DNA of 64,000 bases from an uncultured Clostridia bacterium (GCA_949745595.1 CATJWN010000050.1:1589-65588), one strand, 5' to 3'; shown: positions 51,875-62,811, counted from the stretch's first letter. Numbers and translations: made by a program. Notes: generated by a model from the sequence alone, not told the origin.

Positions 51875-52091
51875 AAAAAATTCCTCCTTTATTATATTTT
51901 AGGAAAATTATTTAGAAATTTAAAAAATTTCCTCTTCTCTCCCTCCTATAATATTAGACGGTAAAAAGTTCAAAATAGTTGCAAAAAAATTTAAAAAATT
52001 TTAAAATTTCACAAAAAATTCACAAAACATGTAAAAAAATTCCAAATGCAACATAAGTTACACTTGGAATTTTTATTAAATTATATTTATT

Positions 52092-53162
52092 TTATTCATA
52101 AGTATACCACAACCCATCAGCCTTTAAGTCTGAAATTATTTGATTGTGCTCTTCGTTAGATTTTGTAAAATATACCTTTCCTGTTTTATCTGCAACAAAG
52201 TATAGTGCATCAGTTTCTGTTGGATTTAAAGTTGCTTCTATTGCTGACCTACTTGGGTTACAGATTGGACCAATAGGAATCTTTCCTGCCATATTTGGAC
52301 CTCTTGTGTTATATGGGTTATAAGTGTTTATTTGTTTTACTGTTAAATCACTTTCTGCCATATCTACTCCAAAAGCATAGTAAGTTGTAACATCACTTCC
52401 TAAGCTCATACCTTTGTCAATTCTATTTAAAAATACACCAACTATTTCTGAACGGTCTTCAGTACTTTTTCCTTCCATTTCTGCCATAGAAGCAAGTGTT
52501 AATGTTTGATGTACTGAATATGTGAAATCGTCTTTATATTTGCTTAAAAACTTATCTGTAAAATTTAAAATAACATTAAATATAGTCTCTACTGAAACAT
52601 CTTTATTTTCAAAAGTATAGGTATCTGGTAACAAATATCCTTCTAATTGAAAATAAATATCCTCGTCTTTAATCTCATCTGTTAAAAACCAATATTTTTC
52701 TATAAGAGAATCAATATAGTCTTCATTTTTTAATAAATTCAATACCTCTTCTTCTGAATTATTAGTTTTTTCTGCGATAGCTTTTGCGTACCATCTCATA
52801 TTTTTACCTTCAATAAAGGTAATTTGTATTTCGTCTGTTAAGACGTCTCCTGAAGCAATTCTAGCAATAGTATCTGGTACTGATTTTGCTTCAGAAAAAG
52901 AATATTTTCCGGCTTGTAAGTTGCCTACTTTGGCTATTTTGCAATATATCTTGCAAGCTTCTGCACTTCTTATAACTCCTTTTTCTTCCAATATCTTAGC
53001 AATACCTGAAATTCCTGTACCTTCTGGAATTTCGAAAACAACTGCTTCTTCACTAAAAGTATCAACTGGTTTCAAAGCATTGTTATACCACACAAATGCC
53101 CCTACTGCACACCCTATTACTAATACCAATAAAATTACAAAAACTATTACTACTTTTTTCAT
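52092..53162 (-). CDS. mltG: Endolytic transglycosylase MltG
   Basis: LQAGKY, LEGYLLPDTY, LASMAEME, YNPYNTR...PIGPICNP, LYFVAD. Confidence 0.92.
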   Translation of the reverse strand: MKKVVIVFVILLVLVIGCAVGAFVWYNNALKPVDTFSEEAVVFEIPEGTGISGIAKILEEKGVIRSAEACKIYCKIAKVGNLQAGKYSFSEAKSVPDTIARIASGDVLTDEIQITFIEGKNMRWYAKAIAEKTNNSEEEVLNLLKNEDYIDSLIEKYWFLTDEIKDEDIYFQLEGYLLPDTYTFENKDVSVETIFNVILNFTDKFLSKYKDDFTYSVHQTLTLASMAEMEGKSTEDRSEIVGVFLNRIDKGMSLGSDVTTYYAFGVDMAESDLTVKQINTYNPYNTRGPNMAGKIPIGPICNPSRSAIEATLNPTETDALYFVADKTGKVYFTKSNEEHNQIISDLKADGLWYTYE

Positions 53163-53171
53163 TTTCCCATC

Positions 53172-54350
53172 CTATTCTATGACTAAATGTACAACTTTTC
53201 CAAGTTTATCTTTATCTACAAATTCGTTATTTGTAATTGAAACCTTTATTCCAAGCTCTTTCAATCTTGGAGTGAGTTCAATGATAAATCTATTAAAACT
53301 ATTTACATCGTCTATCTTTTTAAAATTTATATTAACACCAGAAAATTGATACTCTACTAATTTTTTATAAAGTCCATTTATCACTTTATTCCTGTCAGTA
53401 TATGTCATAAGTGATTTTGAAACATCTACATTGTTTTCTAAAGTAGCCCAAATTTCAACATTATGCTCTTTTGTCCATTCTGTATATGCTGTATATTCTG
53501 GGCTTGTACTTCCTGTCTTGTCCAAAATTTCTCCATCTTTTTCTAAATAAAAGAAAGTTGGTGTTACTACATTTTTCTTTTCACTATCTAATTTTGCTTC
53601 TGCATATTTCTTACTTAAATCAGAAGCATTTTTTATTACTGCATATTCTGTTTTTTCTTCATTCCAATTATCTCTTAATTTTTCTGGTTCTGAAAGTCTT
53701 TTCTTTTTAATATACCCAATATTTCCTTTTGCAGTCCTTACTTTAAAATATTTTTTGCTTGTGTCTTCTATAATATTTACATACTCACCATGTGAAATCT
53801 TTTCAATAGTGGCTCCAAAAGCATTTGGCTTGTCCTTTAAATTATAGTTTTTCAAAGTAAGAGCTTGACTTTTTTCTTTATTAGTAGAATCTGCAATAAG
53901 CTTTTTGGTACTTTCAGAATATTCAAACTCTAGATCGTACACAATTCCCATTTGCGAAAAAGGTAAATACACTTTATCATCTTTTTCAATCATTGGTCCT
54001 GTAAGTTCTGCATTGCTATCATTTACTACCATAAAGTTTTCGTCTACTTTTAAAATAGCTATATGCTTATTATAGGTAGTTATAAGCTCCTTCTCAGCAG
54101 CATTATAATATATATTGCTATCAAATAAGCTTTCTACATCGTCTTTAGAAAGATATATTGTATCTTTTTCCTTTATAATTTCATTTTTTAGCTTTACCAA
54201 TTCATTATCTAATAGTAGTGAAATTTCTTTTGGTTCCTTGCTAAGCATAATCGAACTCGAAATTCCTCTTATTATTAATATCAAAAAGATAAGCGCTACT
54301 ATTACCAAAAGCAATTTCTTTTTGTTAAGCTTCTTTTTCTTTTTTCTCAT
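53172..54350 (-). CDS. Membrane-anchored protein with copper-amine-oxidase-like N domain, SH3 and a shortened GH18-like domain
   Basis: YFKVRTAKGNIGYIKK (SH3); GVNINFKK where GH18 has DxDxE; short C-terminus. Confidence 0.65.
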   Translation of the reverse strand: MRKKKKKLNKKKLLLVIVALIFLILIIRGISSSIMLSKEPKEISLLLDNELVKLKNEIIKEKDTIYLSKDDVESLFDSNIYYNAAEKELITTYNKHIAILKVDENFMVVNDSNAELTGPMIEKDDKVYLPFSQMGIVYDLEFEYSESTKKLIADSTNKEKSQALTLKNYNLKDKPNAFGATIEKISHGEYVNIIEDTSKKYFKVRTAKGNIGYIKKKRLSEPEKLRDNWNEEKTEYAVIKNASDLSKKYAEAKLDSEKKNVVTPTFFYLEKDGEILDKTGSTSPEYTAYTEWTKEHNVEIWATLENNVDVSKSLMTYTDRNKVINGLYKKLVEYQFSGVNINFKKIDDVNSFNRFIIELTPRLKELGIKVSITNNEFVDKDKLGKVVHLVIE

Positions 54351-54554
54351 CAGTTTTTTTCTCTCTTCTTTTCTAAAATCTAAAATTATCACATATACTT
54401 TAATATCACAAATAAAAAATAAAGTAAAGTATGATAAGGAAAATTTAATATTTTATGAAAAACTCTTCCTTTTTTGTCGAAAATATAGTATAATCTATAT
54501 TGTATGACAGAAATAAATATAAGCTTATTAAATTAAGCAGATTAGGAGGCAAAT

Positions 54555-54983
54555 ATGTGGCAATTTTGGCTAATATTAGCTGGTATATTTCTAATAATGG
54601 AAATTATAACAGTTGGCTTTCTAGTATTCTGGTTTTCAGTTGGAGCATTAGTTGCAATGTGCGCTAGTTTCTTTACAGCTAATATCGTTGCACAAGCTTC
54701 AATATTCGTTATAGCATCAACCTTACTTCTTTTTGTTACAAGACCTTTCGTGGAAAAAATAACAAAAAAAGATACAGAAGTAAAAACTAATGCTTATTCT
54801 ATTGAAGGAAAAACAGCAAAAGTTATAGTTGATGTTGATCCTATTGATGGCAAAGGTCAAATAAAAATAGGTGGCGAAGTATGGTCAGCAAAATCCTATA
54901 ACGATACTGTTATTCCAAAAGATACAGAAGTTTTAGTTGAAAAAATAGATGGTGTAAAAGCAATAATTAAACCATTAAATTAA
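54555..54983 (+). CDS. NfeD-family protein
   Basis: N-terminal TM helices, GQIKIGGEVWSA, VEKIDGVKAII; adjacent to the SPFH gene. Confidence 0.9.
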   Translation: MWQFWLILAGIFLIMEIITVGFLVFWFSVGALVAMCASFFTANIVAQASIFVIASTLLLFVTRPFVEKITKKDTEVKTNAYSIEGKTAKVIVDVDPIDGKGQIKIGGEVWSAKSYNDTVIPKDTEVLVEKIDGVKAIIKPLN

Positions 54984-55000
54984 ATTTTAGGAGGAAAAAA

Positions 55001-55906
55001 ATGTTAGGATTTTTATTCGTTTTATTTGTAATCATCGCTATCGTTGCTTACAAAACAATCAAAATAGTAAGACAATCAGAAGTTTTCATTATTGAAAGAT
55101 TAGGAAAATTTCACAAAGTGGCTGGAGCTGGTCTTACAATTATCGTTCCATTCATTGATAGAGTTAGATCAGTAGTTAGTTTAAAACAACAAACAATGGA
55201 TATTCCACCACAAAATGTTATCACAACAGATAACGTTACAATCACAATTGATACAGTTGTGTTTTACAAAATTACAGACCCTGCAAAGGCTGTTTATGAA
55301 ATTCAAAGTTTGAAAAAAGGTATTGAATACTTAGCTATCACTACTATCCGTGATATCGTTGGTAAAATGGAATTAGATGAAACATTTAGTTCAAGAGATA
55401 TTATCAATACTAAATTAAGAACTGTACTTGATGAAGCTACAGACGTTTGGGGTTGTAAAGTAGACAGAGTTGAAATTAAAGATATCACTCCACCAGCAGA
55501 CATTCGTGATGCAATGGAAAAACAAATGAATGCTGAAAGAAATAAGAGAGCTTTAATTCTTCAAGCAGAAGGTGAAAGACAATCTGCTATCACACTTGCT
55601 GAAGGTAGAAAAGAAGCTGCTATATTAGACGCTGAAGCTGACAGAGAAGCTCGCATGAGAAGAGCTACTGGTGAGGCTGCTGCTATAAAAGAAGTAGCTG
55701 AAGCTAAAGCTAAAGAAATTCAAATGGTATATGAAGCAATTAAAAATTCAAACCCAGATGATAAATTAGTTCAAATTAAATCTTTAGAAGCATTACAAGA
55801 AGTTGCTAAAGGTGAAGCAAATAAAATCTTCATTCCTTTTGAAGCAACAGCTGCTCTTAGCAGTTTAGGTGCTATAAAAGATGTTATGAAAGAAGATAAA
55901 AAATAA
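55001..55906 (+). CDS. SPFH/stomatin (band 7) protein
   Basis: IIERLGKF, QNVITTDNV, AMEKQMNAER.KRA.IL.AEG. Confidence 0.93.
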   Translation: MLGFLFVLFVIIAIVAYKTIKIVRQSEVFIIERLGKFHKVAGAGLTIIVPFIDRVRSVVSLKQQTMDIPPQNVITTDNVTITIDTVVFYKITDPAKAVYEIQSLKKGIEYLAITTIRDIVGKMELDETFSSRDIINTKLRTVLDEATDVWGCKVDRVEIKDITPPADIRDAMEKQMNAERNKRALILQAEGERQSAITLAEGRKEAAILDAEADREARMRRATGEAAAIKEVAEAKAKEIQMVYEAIKNSNPDDKLVQIKSLEALQEVAKGEANKIFIPFEATAALSSLGAIKDVMKEDKK

Positions 55907-55942
55907 TAAAAGTTTAGAAAACGCCTAGTGATTAGGCGTTTT

Positions 55943-57067
55943 TTATTGTACTATTTCTACTAAACTTTTTATTAAATAATCCACTTCTTCTAAGGTATTG
56001 CTCTTTCCAAAAGTTATACGCAAACTGCTGCTAGCAATATGCTTTGGAACACCAATAGCAAGTAGTACTGGTGATGGAATAAAAAGTCCTGCACTACAGG
56101 CTGAGCCACTAGAAGCACATATTCCCCTCTTATCTAATTCTTCTAAAAGTTTGGGTCCATTCATTCCAATAAAACAAATATTACTATTTCCCGGAAGTCT
56201 TTTTTCTAGATCTCCATTTATTCTAATATTAGAAATTAATCTACTTATATTTTCTATATAATAATCCCTAAGTGTTCTCATTTTTCTACTATTTTCATCT
56301 AAATCTCTTACTGCAATTTCTAGTGCTTTTCCAGTTCCAACTATCCCTGCAACATTTTCCGTACCTGAACGTTTTTCGCGCTCTTGATGTCCCCCATCTT
56401 GAATTCTTTTAAATCTTACTCCTTCACGCACATACAAAACGCCTACACCTTTTGGTCCATAGAACTTATGTGCAGACATCGATAATGCTGATACTTTTAA
56501 ATCTCTTACATTTACCTCTATATTCCCCATTGCTTGAACAGCGTCAGTATGAAAATATATATGCTCTCTTCTTGCAAGTTCCGCAATTTCTTTTATTGGT
56601 TGAATTGTTCCAATTTCGTTATTAGCAAACATTATTGAAATTAAAATTGTTTTAGGAGTTATTGCCCTTCTTACACTTTCGACATCAATAATACCTTTTG
56701 AATTTGCTTTTAGATAAGTTACTCTAAATCCCATCGCTTCCAAGGATTTACAAGTGTTTAAAACTGCTGGATGCTCTATATTTGAAGTTATAATATGATT
56801 TCCATATCGCGAGTTTGCATAAGCAATTCCTTTTATTGCCAAATTGTCACTTTCGCTTCCACAACTTGTAAAATATATTTCATTTACATTTGCTCCAATA
56901 GCTTCTGCTATCTTCATTCTAGAAATAGTTATTGCTTCTTTTGCCATCTTTCCTACTGAATATATACTAGATGGATTTGCATAATTTTCTGTTAAATAGG
57001 GCAACATTTCATTTAAGACTTCACTATCTAATTTTGTTGTTGCCGCATTATCAAAATATTTTATCAT
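55943..57067 (-). CDS. Cysteine desulfurase (NifS/IscS family)
   Basis: YFDNAATT, FTSCGSESDN, HTDAVQA, SAHKFYGPKG, SSGSACSAG. Confidence 0.94.
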   Translation of the reverse strand: MIKYFDNAATTKLDSEVLNEMLPYLTENYANPSSIYSVGKMAKEAITISRMKIAEAIGANVNEIYFTSCGSESDNLAIKGIAYANSRYGNHIITSNIEHPAVLNTCKSLEAMGFRVTYLKANSKGIIDVESVRRAITPKTILISIMFANNEIGTIQPIKEIAELARREHIYFHTDAVQAMGNIEVNVRDLKVSALSMSAHKFYGPKGVGVLYVREGVRFKRIQDGGHQEREKRSGTENVAGIVGTGKALEIAVRDLDENSRKMRTLRDYYIENISRLISNIRINGDLEKRLPGNSNICFIGMNGPKLLEELDKRGICASSGSACSAGLFIPSPVLLAIGVPKHIASSSLRITFGKSNTLEEVDYLIKSLVEIVQ

Positions 57068-57259
57068 TTGACTTCCTCCAAAAAGGTTTTAATATAGTAT
57101 ATGCCAAGCAAATTTTTATGCTACATTTTTAATTGTAATATTATTGTAATATTGTAACGAAAAAGTAACAGAAATATGTCAAATTTTTGTCTTTTTTGCT
57201 TGAATTTATATTCTATTATTATTATAATATTATTAGTAATAGGATAGGGGTTAAAAGAT

Positions 57260-58288
57260 ATGGAATTTACTAAGGATATTTATTTTGATAACAGTTTAAC
57301 AAATGGAAAAACAGCTAAAATTACATATTCCGGAATGCTTTATAAACAAGGCTCTGAAAATGTTAATTTAGTATCTGGTTTTGGAGAAAATTGGGAAAAT
57401 ACTACTACTACACCAATGCAAAAAATTGATAATGGTTTTGAAGTAGATATTGAAATTAAAGATTATGATACTTTTAATTTTTGTTTCTCTAATGAGAATA
57501 ATTGTTGGGATAATAACAATTATTTTAATTACGTCTCTCCTATTTTACCAGCTGTAGAAGAAATTAAAGAAGAAATACAAGCTGAAACGCAGGAAAACGT
57601 TGAAACTGCTGAAACTAACTTAGATTTAGAATTTGACAAATTAGAGCAATTTATGAACGAAGTTCCTGCTGAAAATAATGGCACTATAGAATTTGGTGCA
57701 GATTATTCAGCTTCTATTGATGATATCATTGAAGATATTTTAGGAAACACAGTTCAAAATTCTATGTCAAATGATACTGAATCTGTTGACGATATATTAA
57801 ATTCTATTTCTCAAGAGTCTATGCCAGAAATAGAAGCTTTATTTAATGAATTATTCTTTGAAGAAGCTGATGATACAGTATTTGACGAATCTGCTGAAAT
57901 CGTTTCTACTCCTTCAGATAACGCTGAAATAATCGAATTATTTGACGAACTATTTGAAAATGCGCAAAAAGATATTTCTGTTGAAGTAGCTGAGATTCAA
58001 GAAGAATTAAATAACGCAGCAGCCTTTAGTTTAGACGGTTTAGTAGACAATTTATTAGAGCCAGTTATTACTGCCCCAGTTACTAATGAAGATTCTATAT
58101 TTGAAAACACAGAAAATACTATCACAGAAGAAACAGCACTTGTTGCTTTAAATAATGATTTACAAGTAAGTTCAAGAAGATTAGGTTTCTTATATAGCTT
58201 AAAGAAACGTATATCACTTGCTTGCTATAAACTATTTGTAAAAGCTCCAAAAGAAATTGCAAAACAATTAGGTTTCTATATGGATTAA
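57260..58288 (+). CDS. Protein with N-terminal starch/carbohydrate-binding-like module and long acidic region
   Basis: ITYSGML...GFGENW...FNFCFSNENNCWDNNN..NY motif; D/E-rich tail. Confidence 0.65.
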   Translation: MEFTKDIYFDNSLTNGKTAKITYSGMLYKQGSENVNLVSGFGENWENTTTTPMQKIDNGFEVDIEIKDYDTFNFCFSNENNCWDNNNYFNYVSPILPAVEEIKEEIQAETQENVETAETNLDLEFDKLEQFMNEVPAENNGTIEFGADYSASIDDIIEDILGNTVQNSMSNDTESVDDILNSISQESMPEIEALFNELFFEEADDTVFDESAEIVSTPSDNAEIIELFDELFENAQKDISVEVAEIQEELNNAAAFSLDGLVDNLLEPVITAPVTNEDSIFENTENTITEETALVALNNDLQVSSRRLGFLYSLKKRISLACYKLFVKAPKEIAKQLGFYMD

Positions 58289-58381
58289 AAATAAAAATAT
58301 ATCAAAAGCAGTATCTATATACTGCTTTTTTTGTTGCATATTTTTTTAAAATTCGAGCATATTAATTTTAGGAGGTTCGTT

Positions 58382-58807
58382 ATGGATGATTTAACTATTT
58401 TAAATGAAGTTCACAAAGGCGTAACTATGGGAATGGCCTCTCTAGAATTAGTAGCAGAAAAGACACAAGATAAAGATTTAAAAGACGATCTAAGTTTTCA
58501 ATATAACGAATATCAAAACACTTTAAACACAGTAAATCACAAATTTCAAGAGCAGGGCGAAATTCCTGACGATACTCCTGTAAACACAAAAATTATGGGC
58601 TGGACTGGTATTCAACTTAATACTTTAAATGATACTAGTAACAGCAAACTTTCAGAGCTTTTAATTCAGGGTTATGACATGGGCATTATTAAAGGTGTAA
58701 AATTATTAAATCAAAATCCTGAAGCTTCTGGAGATGTTAAGAATATTTTAAACGGATTTATCTCAATGCAGGAAAATTGCATCGATAGATTGAAGAAATT
58801 TCTTTAA
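58382..58807 (+). CDS. Small helical hypothetical protein (ferritin-like four-helix pattern)
   Basis: RBS AGGAGG before ATG 58382; helical pattern. Confidence 0.6.
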   Translation: MDDLTILNEVHKGVTMGMASLELVAEKTQDKDLKDDLSFQYNEYQNTLNTVNHKFQEQGEIPDDTPVNTKIMGWTGIQLNTLNDTSNSKLSELLIQGYDMGIIKGVKLLNQNPEASGDVKNILNGFISMQENCIDRLKKFL

Positions 58808-58859
58808 ATGATAAGTTCAAAAAAGCAACGAATAATTTCGTTGCTTTTCTTATTATTTT

Positions 58860-60644
58860 TTAAGTTTCTCCTCCATTACTTGGTTCTGTTTCGCCTGAAC
58901 CTGATGGACCTGGTGTTGGCATTGGCGTTGGAATTGGTATATCAGGTGTTGGTGGAGTAACTGGCTCTTTCTTAGGTATGGCTCTTGTTTCTTCTTTACC
59001 ACATACTGAGCAAGTTCTCTTCTCTACTCCTTCTGCATCTTCTGTAGAATCTGTAACTACTATATATTCTCCAAAGCTATGCTCTTTTAACTCTTTTATT
59101 GCTATTTTTGTAGTCTCTTCACAATTCTTACATTTTACTACTTTTTCTCCTGGTGCTGTGCAAGTTGATTCTGTTATACTTTGTACTTCACCATTTGTAA
59201 AATCATGTGCTACTTTTGGAATTTCAACTTTTTGAGTTTCTTTACAATTCTTACATTGTACAATCTTTATTCCTGCTGAAGTACAAGTTGCAGGTTTACT
59301 TCCTTCTGCGTCTGGTATTACTTTACCATTTTTAAAATCATGTCCTAAAGCATTTATTTCTTTTACTTTTCTATCTTCACATCTCTCGCATTTAGTAACT
59401 TCTCTTCCCTTTTCTGTGCAAGTAGGAGCTTTACATTCTGCATCTACTTTCTTATATTGTCCATGTCCTAATGCTGGAATTTCTTGCCTTTCATTTTCTG
59501 AACAATCCTTACATCTGATAAATTTCTCTCCTGCTGTTGTACATGTTGGTTGTTTAGTTTTATTTTTGATTTCTGTACCATTTACAAAATCATGTGTATG
59601 TTTTGGCTCTGCTACTGCTCCATATCTAAAATATGCAACATTCATATCCACATTTCCGCTTATACCAGCTACACTACCTTTACTTGTGTATTGCCACATT
59701 TGATAACTGCCTGTATAGTCTGTTGAAGATGTGTAATGTGCAAGCCAGAATTTATAGTTTAAGTTTCCTTTATTAAATCTGTTTGATATATCATTTTTAC
59801 TTGCATACATCATTGGTGTATAACCTTGACTAGCAATATAACTTAAGAAAGTATTAGCATTTGCCGTTGCTTGTGCTCCAGAAATCCCTGATGTTCTTCC
59901 TCTATTAAAATCTTCAAAATCATAAACAACTGGATATGTAATTCTATATGCTTTTATTTTTTCTACTACCCAAGCTGCTTCTTGAAGTGCCTCTTCTTCA
60001 TTCATGGCTACTGAATAGAAATAGATTCCAACCATTATTCCATTATTTACAGCGCCCTTTATATTTGATTTAAAATATGCGTCTTCATAAATTTTTCCTT
60101 CTGTATAACCTCTAAATCCACAACGTATCATTGCAAATTCGATTCCACTTGCCTTTACTTGTGCCCAATCGATTTTGCCTTGATGTGCTGAAACATCTAT
60201 ACCAACAGATTGTCCATCATTTTCAAATTTGTTAACAGCCTCTTCTGCTGAAGTTGCTTCACCACCAGATTTTTTAGTTTGAGAATCTTCAGAAGAATTT
60301 GCTGGCGCAACTTCTGTTTTTGGTACTTTTACAGTTTTACCTTTATGTGTAACTTCCTTTTGTACTGTATTTTCCTCTTTAACAGTATTTTCTTCTTCTT
60401 CCTCATTTACTGTATTTGTATCCTCGTCTATTTCATTAACAAATTCTATGCTTGACGCATCAACTGCTACTATGTTCGTTTTAATTTCATTTTTAGGTGT
60501 CTCTACTTCCTCAGGTTCTCCTTCCTTTGCTAAAGCACTATAAGTACAAGCAAAAATAACTGATATCATAACTACAAATATGATTAATAATGTTATTTTT
60601 CCTCTAGGACTCATTAATTCAATTTGATCTATTATTCTACGCAT
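58860..60644 (-). CDS. GH25 lysozyme/muramidase with C-terminal Cys/His-rich repeats
   Basis: GIDVSAHQG, AMIRCGFRGY, VVYDFED, WQYTSKG, VDMN; five xTCTxxG...CxxC repeats. Confidence 0.88.
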   Translation of the reverse strand: MRRIIDQIELMSPRGKITLLIIFVVMISVIFACTYSALAKEGEPEEVETPKNEIKTNIVAVDASSIEFVNEIDEDTNTVNEEEEENTVKEENTVQKEVTHKGKTVKVPKTEVAPANSSEDSQTKKSGGEATSAEEAVNKFENDGQSVGIDVSAHQGKIDWAQVKASGIEFAMIRCGFRGYTEGKIYEDAYFKSNIKGAVNNGIMVGIYFYSVAMNEEEALQEAAWVVEKIKAYRITYPVVYDFEDFNRGRTSGISGAQATANANTFLSYIASQGYTPMMYASKNDISNRFNKGNLNYKFWLAHYTSSTDYTGSYQMWQYTSKGSVAGISGNVDMNVAYFRYGAVAEPKHTHDFVNGTEIKNKTKQPTCTTAGEKFIRCKDCSENERQEIPALGHGQYKKVDAECKAPTCTEKGREVTKCERCEDRKVKEINALGHDFKNGKVIPDAEGSKPATCTSAGIKIVQCKNCKETQKVEIPKVAHDFTNGEVQSITESTCTAPGEKVVKCKNCEETTKIAIKELKEHSFGEYIVVTDSTEDAEGVEKRTCSVCGKEETRAIPKKEPVTPPTPDIPIPTPMPTPGPSGSGETEPSNGGET

Positions 60645-60694
60645 ATCTTCACCTCTTAATTAATTTACAATTATAATTATATCACAACTAAAAT

Positions 60695-62161
60695 TTATGT
60701 CAAATCTATTTCTATAGGTGCTAAGGTATGGTATTTCTCTCCATTGCCCTCTTTTGAAGGCGCTGGGAAGGATGTTGTAATTTTCATTTTATTTGTGTTA
60801 TTATTTTCCACTATAATATATTCGGTAAGTTCGAAAGTACCATTACTATATTTTGACATTCCATCAATATCTCCCGGATACCATTCTTCAACAGTTCCAT
60901 CACCTTTAGTAAGTATTTTCTTAGTCTCAAAGCTTGAAGCTTTAAGCTCATTTCCATTTTCATCTGTTATATTAAATTCTACCCATAATGGATTTTGAAT
61001 TTCGTCCTCATAATCATATCTTTTATTTGATGCTACACCTGTTATTATAGTTTTAGTTCTTATTATTGTTTGTATTGGATTTATACTTATCTCCTCTATC
61101 TCTTGTGTCACATTTTTATAACTTGCTTTTTTATCTGTTAATTTAATAATATTTGAATCTGCTAAAATTTTATCTTTTGAAACATCTACTGAAAACTCAC
61201 CTTCTATGTCTATTCTTCTTGCATTATTTGGAGTATTAGCTAAACTAAAACCTTCATGTTGTGTATCTTCTCCATGTTTTAGTTGTGCATTATTTGCAAT
61301 AATATTGTTCTTTAAAGTAATGTTATAGCTTGTTTTACCTTTTAAATCATCATCCGTAAGTAGAAAAACATGATAAACTTTATATTCATTATCTGATACT
61401 TTTACTACATTCTCATAATTTCTACACCATATCTCTTCTCCATCTAATATGATGTTATCTTTAGAATGTGGGAAATTCTCAAAAAAGTCTATTTCTCCAT
61501 CTATTGATTCTTTATTGAACCCAAGTTGTATAGTATTTATATATTTTTTAAATTCTTCTATTCTTTCCTCTGCATACTTTTTTTGTAGTACGTATTGATC
61601 TTTGCGATCATCTTTCATTTGTTGCGCTGCATCTTTATCTTCTGTATTACTATACATTTCATCTACATTCTCTAGACTTCTTTGATAGTCTTCTTCTATC
61701 TGTTTCAAACTTTTTTCTAAATCTATATCATCCTGCTCTGTATATACAGTTTCACCAAGTCTTAAATACTGTTTATCCTCTTCACTAAGTTTTACATCAA
61801 ATTCTAATACTGTAACATAATCTGAAGCTAGTGTTCCAACAAGTTCAACAGATGTTTTATTATATGTAGTAGTAGTTTCTTTTACTTCTTGTTTATAATC
61901 TACATAGCTACTAGAAAAATTTATTCCTAGCCATTCAAAAGCTGGTATTCCATTAATTTCACCACCGGTTGCTGCATATACTCCAAACGAACCACATAAT
62001 ACACTTAAAGCCGATACAATCCATATAATTACGTTTCTTATTAATAACATAATATTAGGTTTCCTTTTCTTATTTAAAGCAGTTCTAATCGCAACGTCAT
62101 ACGAATATGGAATCTTTATATCTTTTGAAAGATCCATTATAATTTGTTCTTCTTTGTCCAT
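60695..62161 (-). CDS. Putative anti-sigma factor (single TM, DUF4179-like)
   Basis: Short cytoplasmic N-terminus, TM helix, large external domain; directly downstream of the ECF sigma gene. Confidence 0.7.
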   Translation of the reverse strand: MDKEEQIIMDLSKDIKIPYSYDVAIRTALNKKRKPNIMLLIRNVIIWIVSALSVLCGSFGVYAATGGEINGIPAFEWLGINFSSSYVDYKQEVKETTTTYNKTSVELVGTLASDYVTVLEFDVKLSEEDKQYLRLGETVYTEQDDIDLEKSLKQIEEDYQRSLENVDEMYSNTEDKDAAQQMKDDRKDQYVLQKKYAEERIEEFKKYINTIQLGFNKESIDGEIDFFENFPHSKDNIILDGEEIWCRNYENVVKVSDNEYKVYHVFLLTDDDLKGKTSYNITLKNNIIANNAQLKHGEDTQHEGFSLANTPNNARRIDIEGEFSVDVSKDKILADSNIIKLTDKKASYKNVTQEIEEISINPIQTIIRTKTIITGVASNKRYDYEDEIQNPLWVEFNITDENGNELKASSFETKKILTKGDGTVEEWYPGDIDGMSKYSNGTFELTEYIIVENNNTNKMKITTSFPAPSKEGNGEKYHTLAPIEIDLT

Positions 62162-62163
62162 AC

Positions 62164-62685
62164 CTAAAAACCTCCTTCAATATATCTTTGTTTAATTTTA
62201 TTTCTTCCTCTTTTAAGTTTCGTCTTTACTGTATTCTCATTTGTTTTTAAAAGTTTAGAAATTTCTTTTAACGAATATTCTTCTAAATAAAACAAGGTTA
62301 TTGCCATTCTCTCATCATAAGTTAAACCACTTAAGACCCTATAAAAATCCATTTCTTCAAGTTCTGTATATCTTTCATTTTCCATACATGCACTTTCTGG
62401 ATTTATATTATCAAAAGAAACATTACGATTTTTATTTTTCTTATATATGTAATTACATTTATTTACCAAAATTTTTATTAGCCACTTTTTATAGGCTTCT
62501 AATTTTTTCAGTTTTTTAATGTCTTTGAAAGCAACAATCATTGTTTCTTGAATTGCATCTTCAATATCGTCCTCACAAGATAATCTACATCTAGCAATTT
62601 TATATAAATCTTGACGTATCTCATAGACTAAGCTTGTGAAGGCGTCCTCATCTCCCTTCTGGGCTTTTAAAATTAACTCTTCCAT
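62164..62685 (-). CDS. ECF RNA polymerase sigma-70 factor
   Basis: AQKGDEDAF, DIEDAIQET, KWLIKILVNKC, EISKLLKTNENTVKTKLKRG. Confidence 0.93.
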   Translation of the reverse strand: MEELILKAQKGDEDAFTSLVYEIRQDLYKIARCRLSCEDDIEDAIQETMIVAFKDIKKLKKLEAYKKWLIKILVNKCNYIYKKNKNRNVSFDNINPESACMENERYTELEEMDFYRVLSGLTYDERMAITLFYLEEYSLKEISKLLKTNENTVKTKLKRGRNKIKQRYIEGGF

Positions 62686-62811
62686 TTCCCCTCCAAAACT
62701 TTAGGTATATACCTTACACTTATAAGAGTCTTTAAATCATAAAAAAGTTTCACTTTTTACAAATTTTTTCAAAAAAATTTAAAAAGCTACGCAAAATGCG
62801 TAGCCTTCAAC

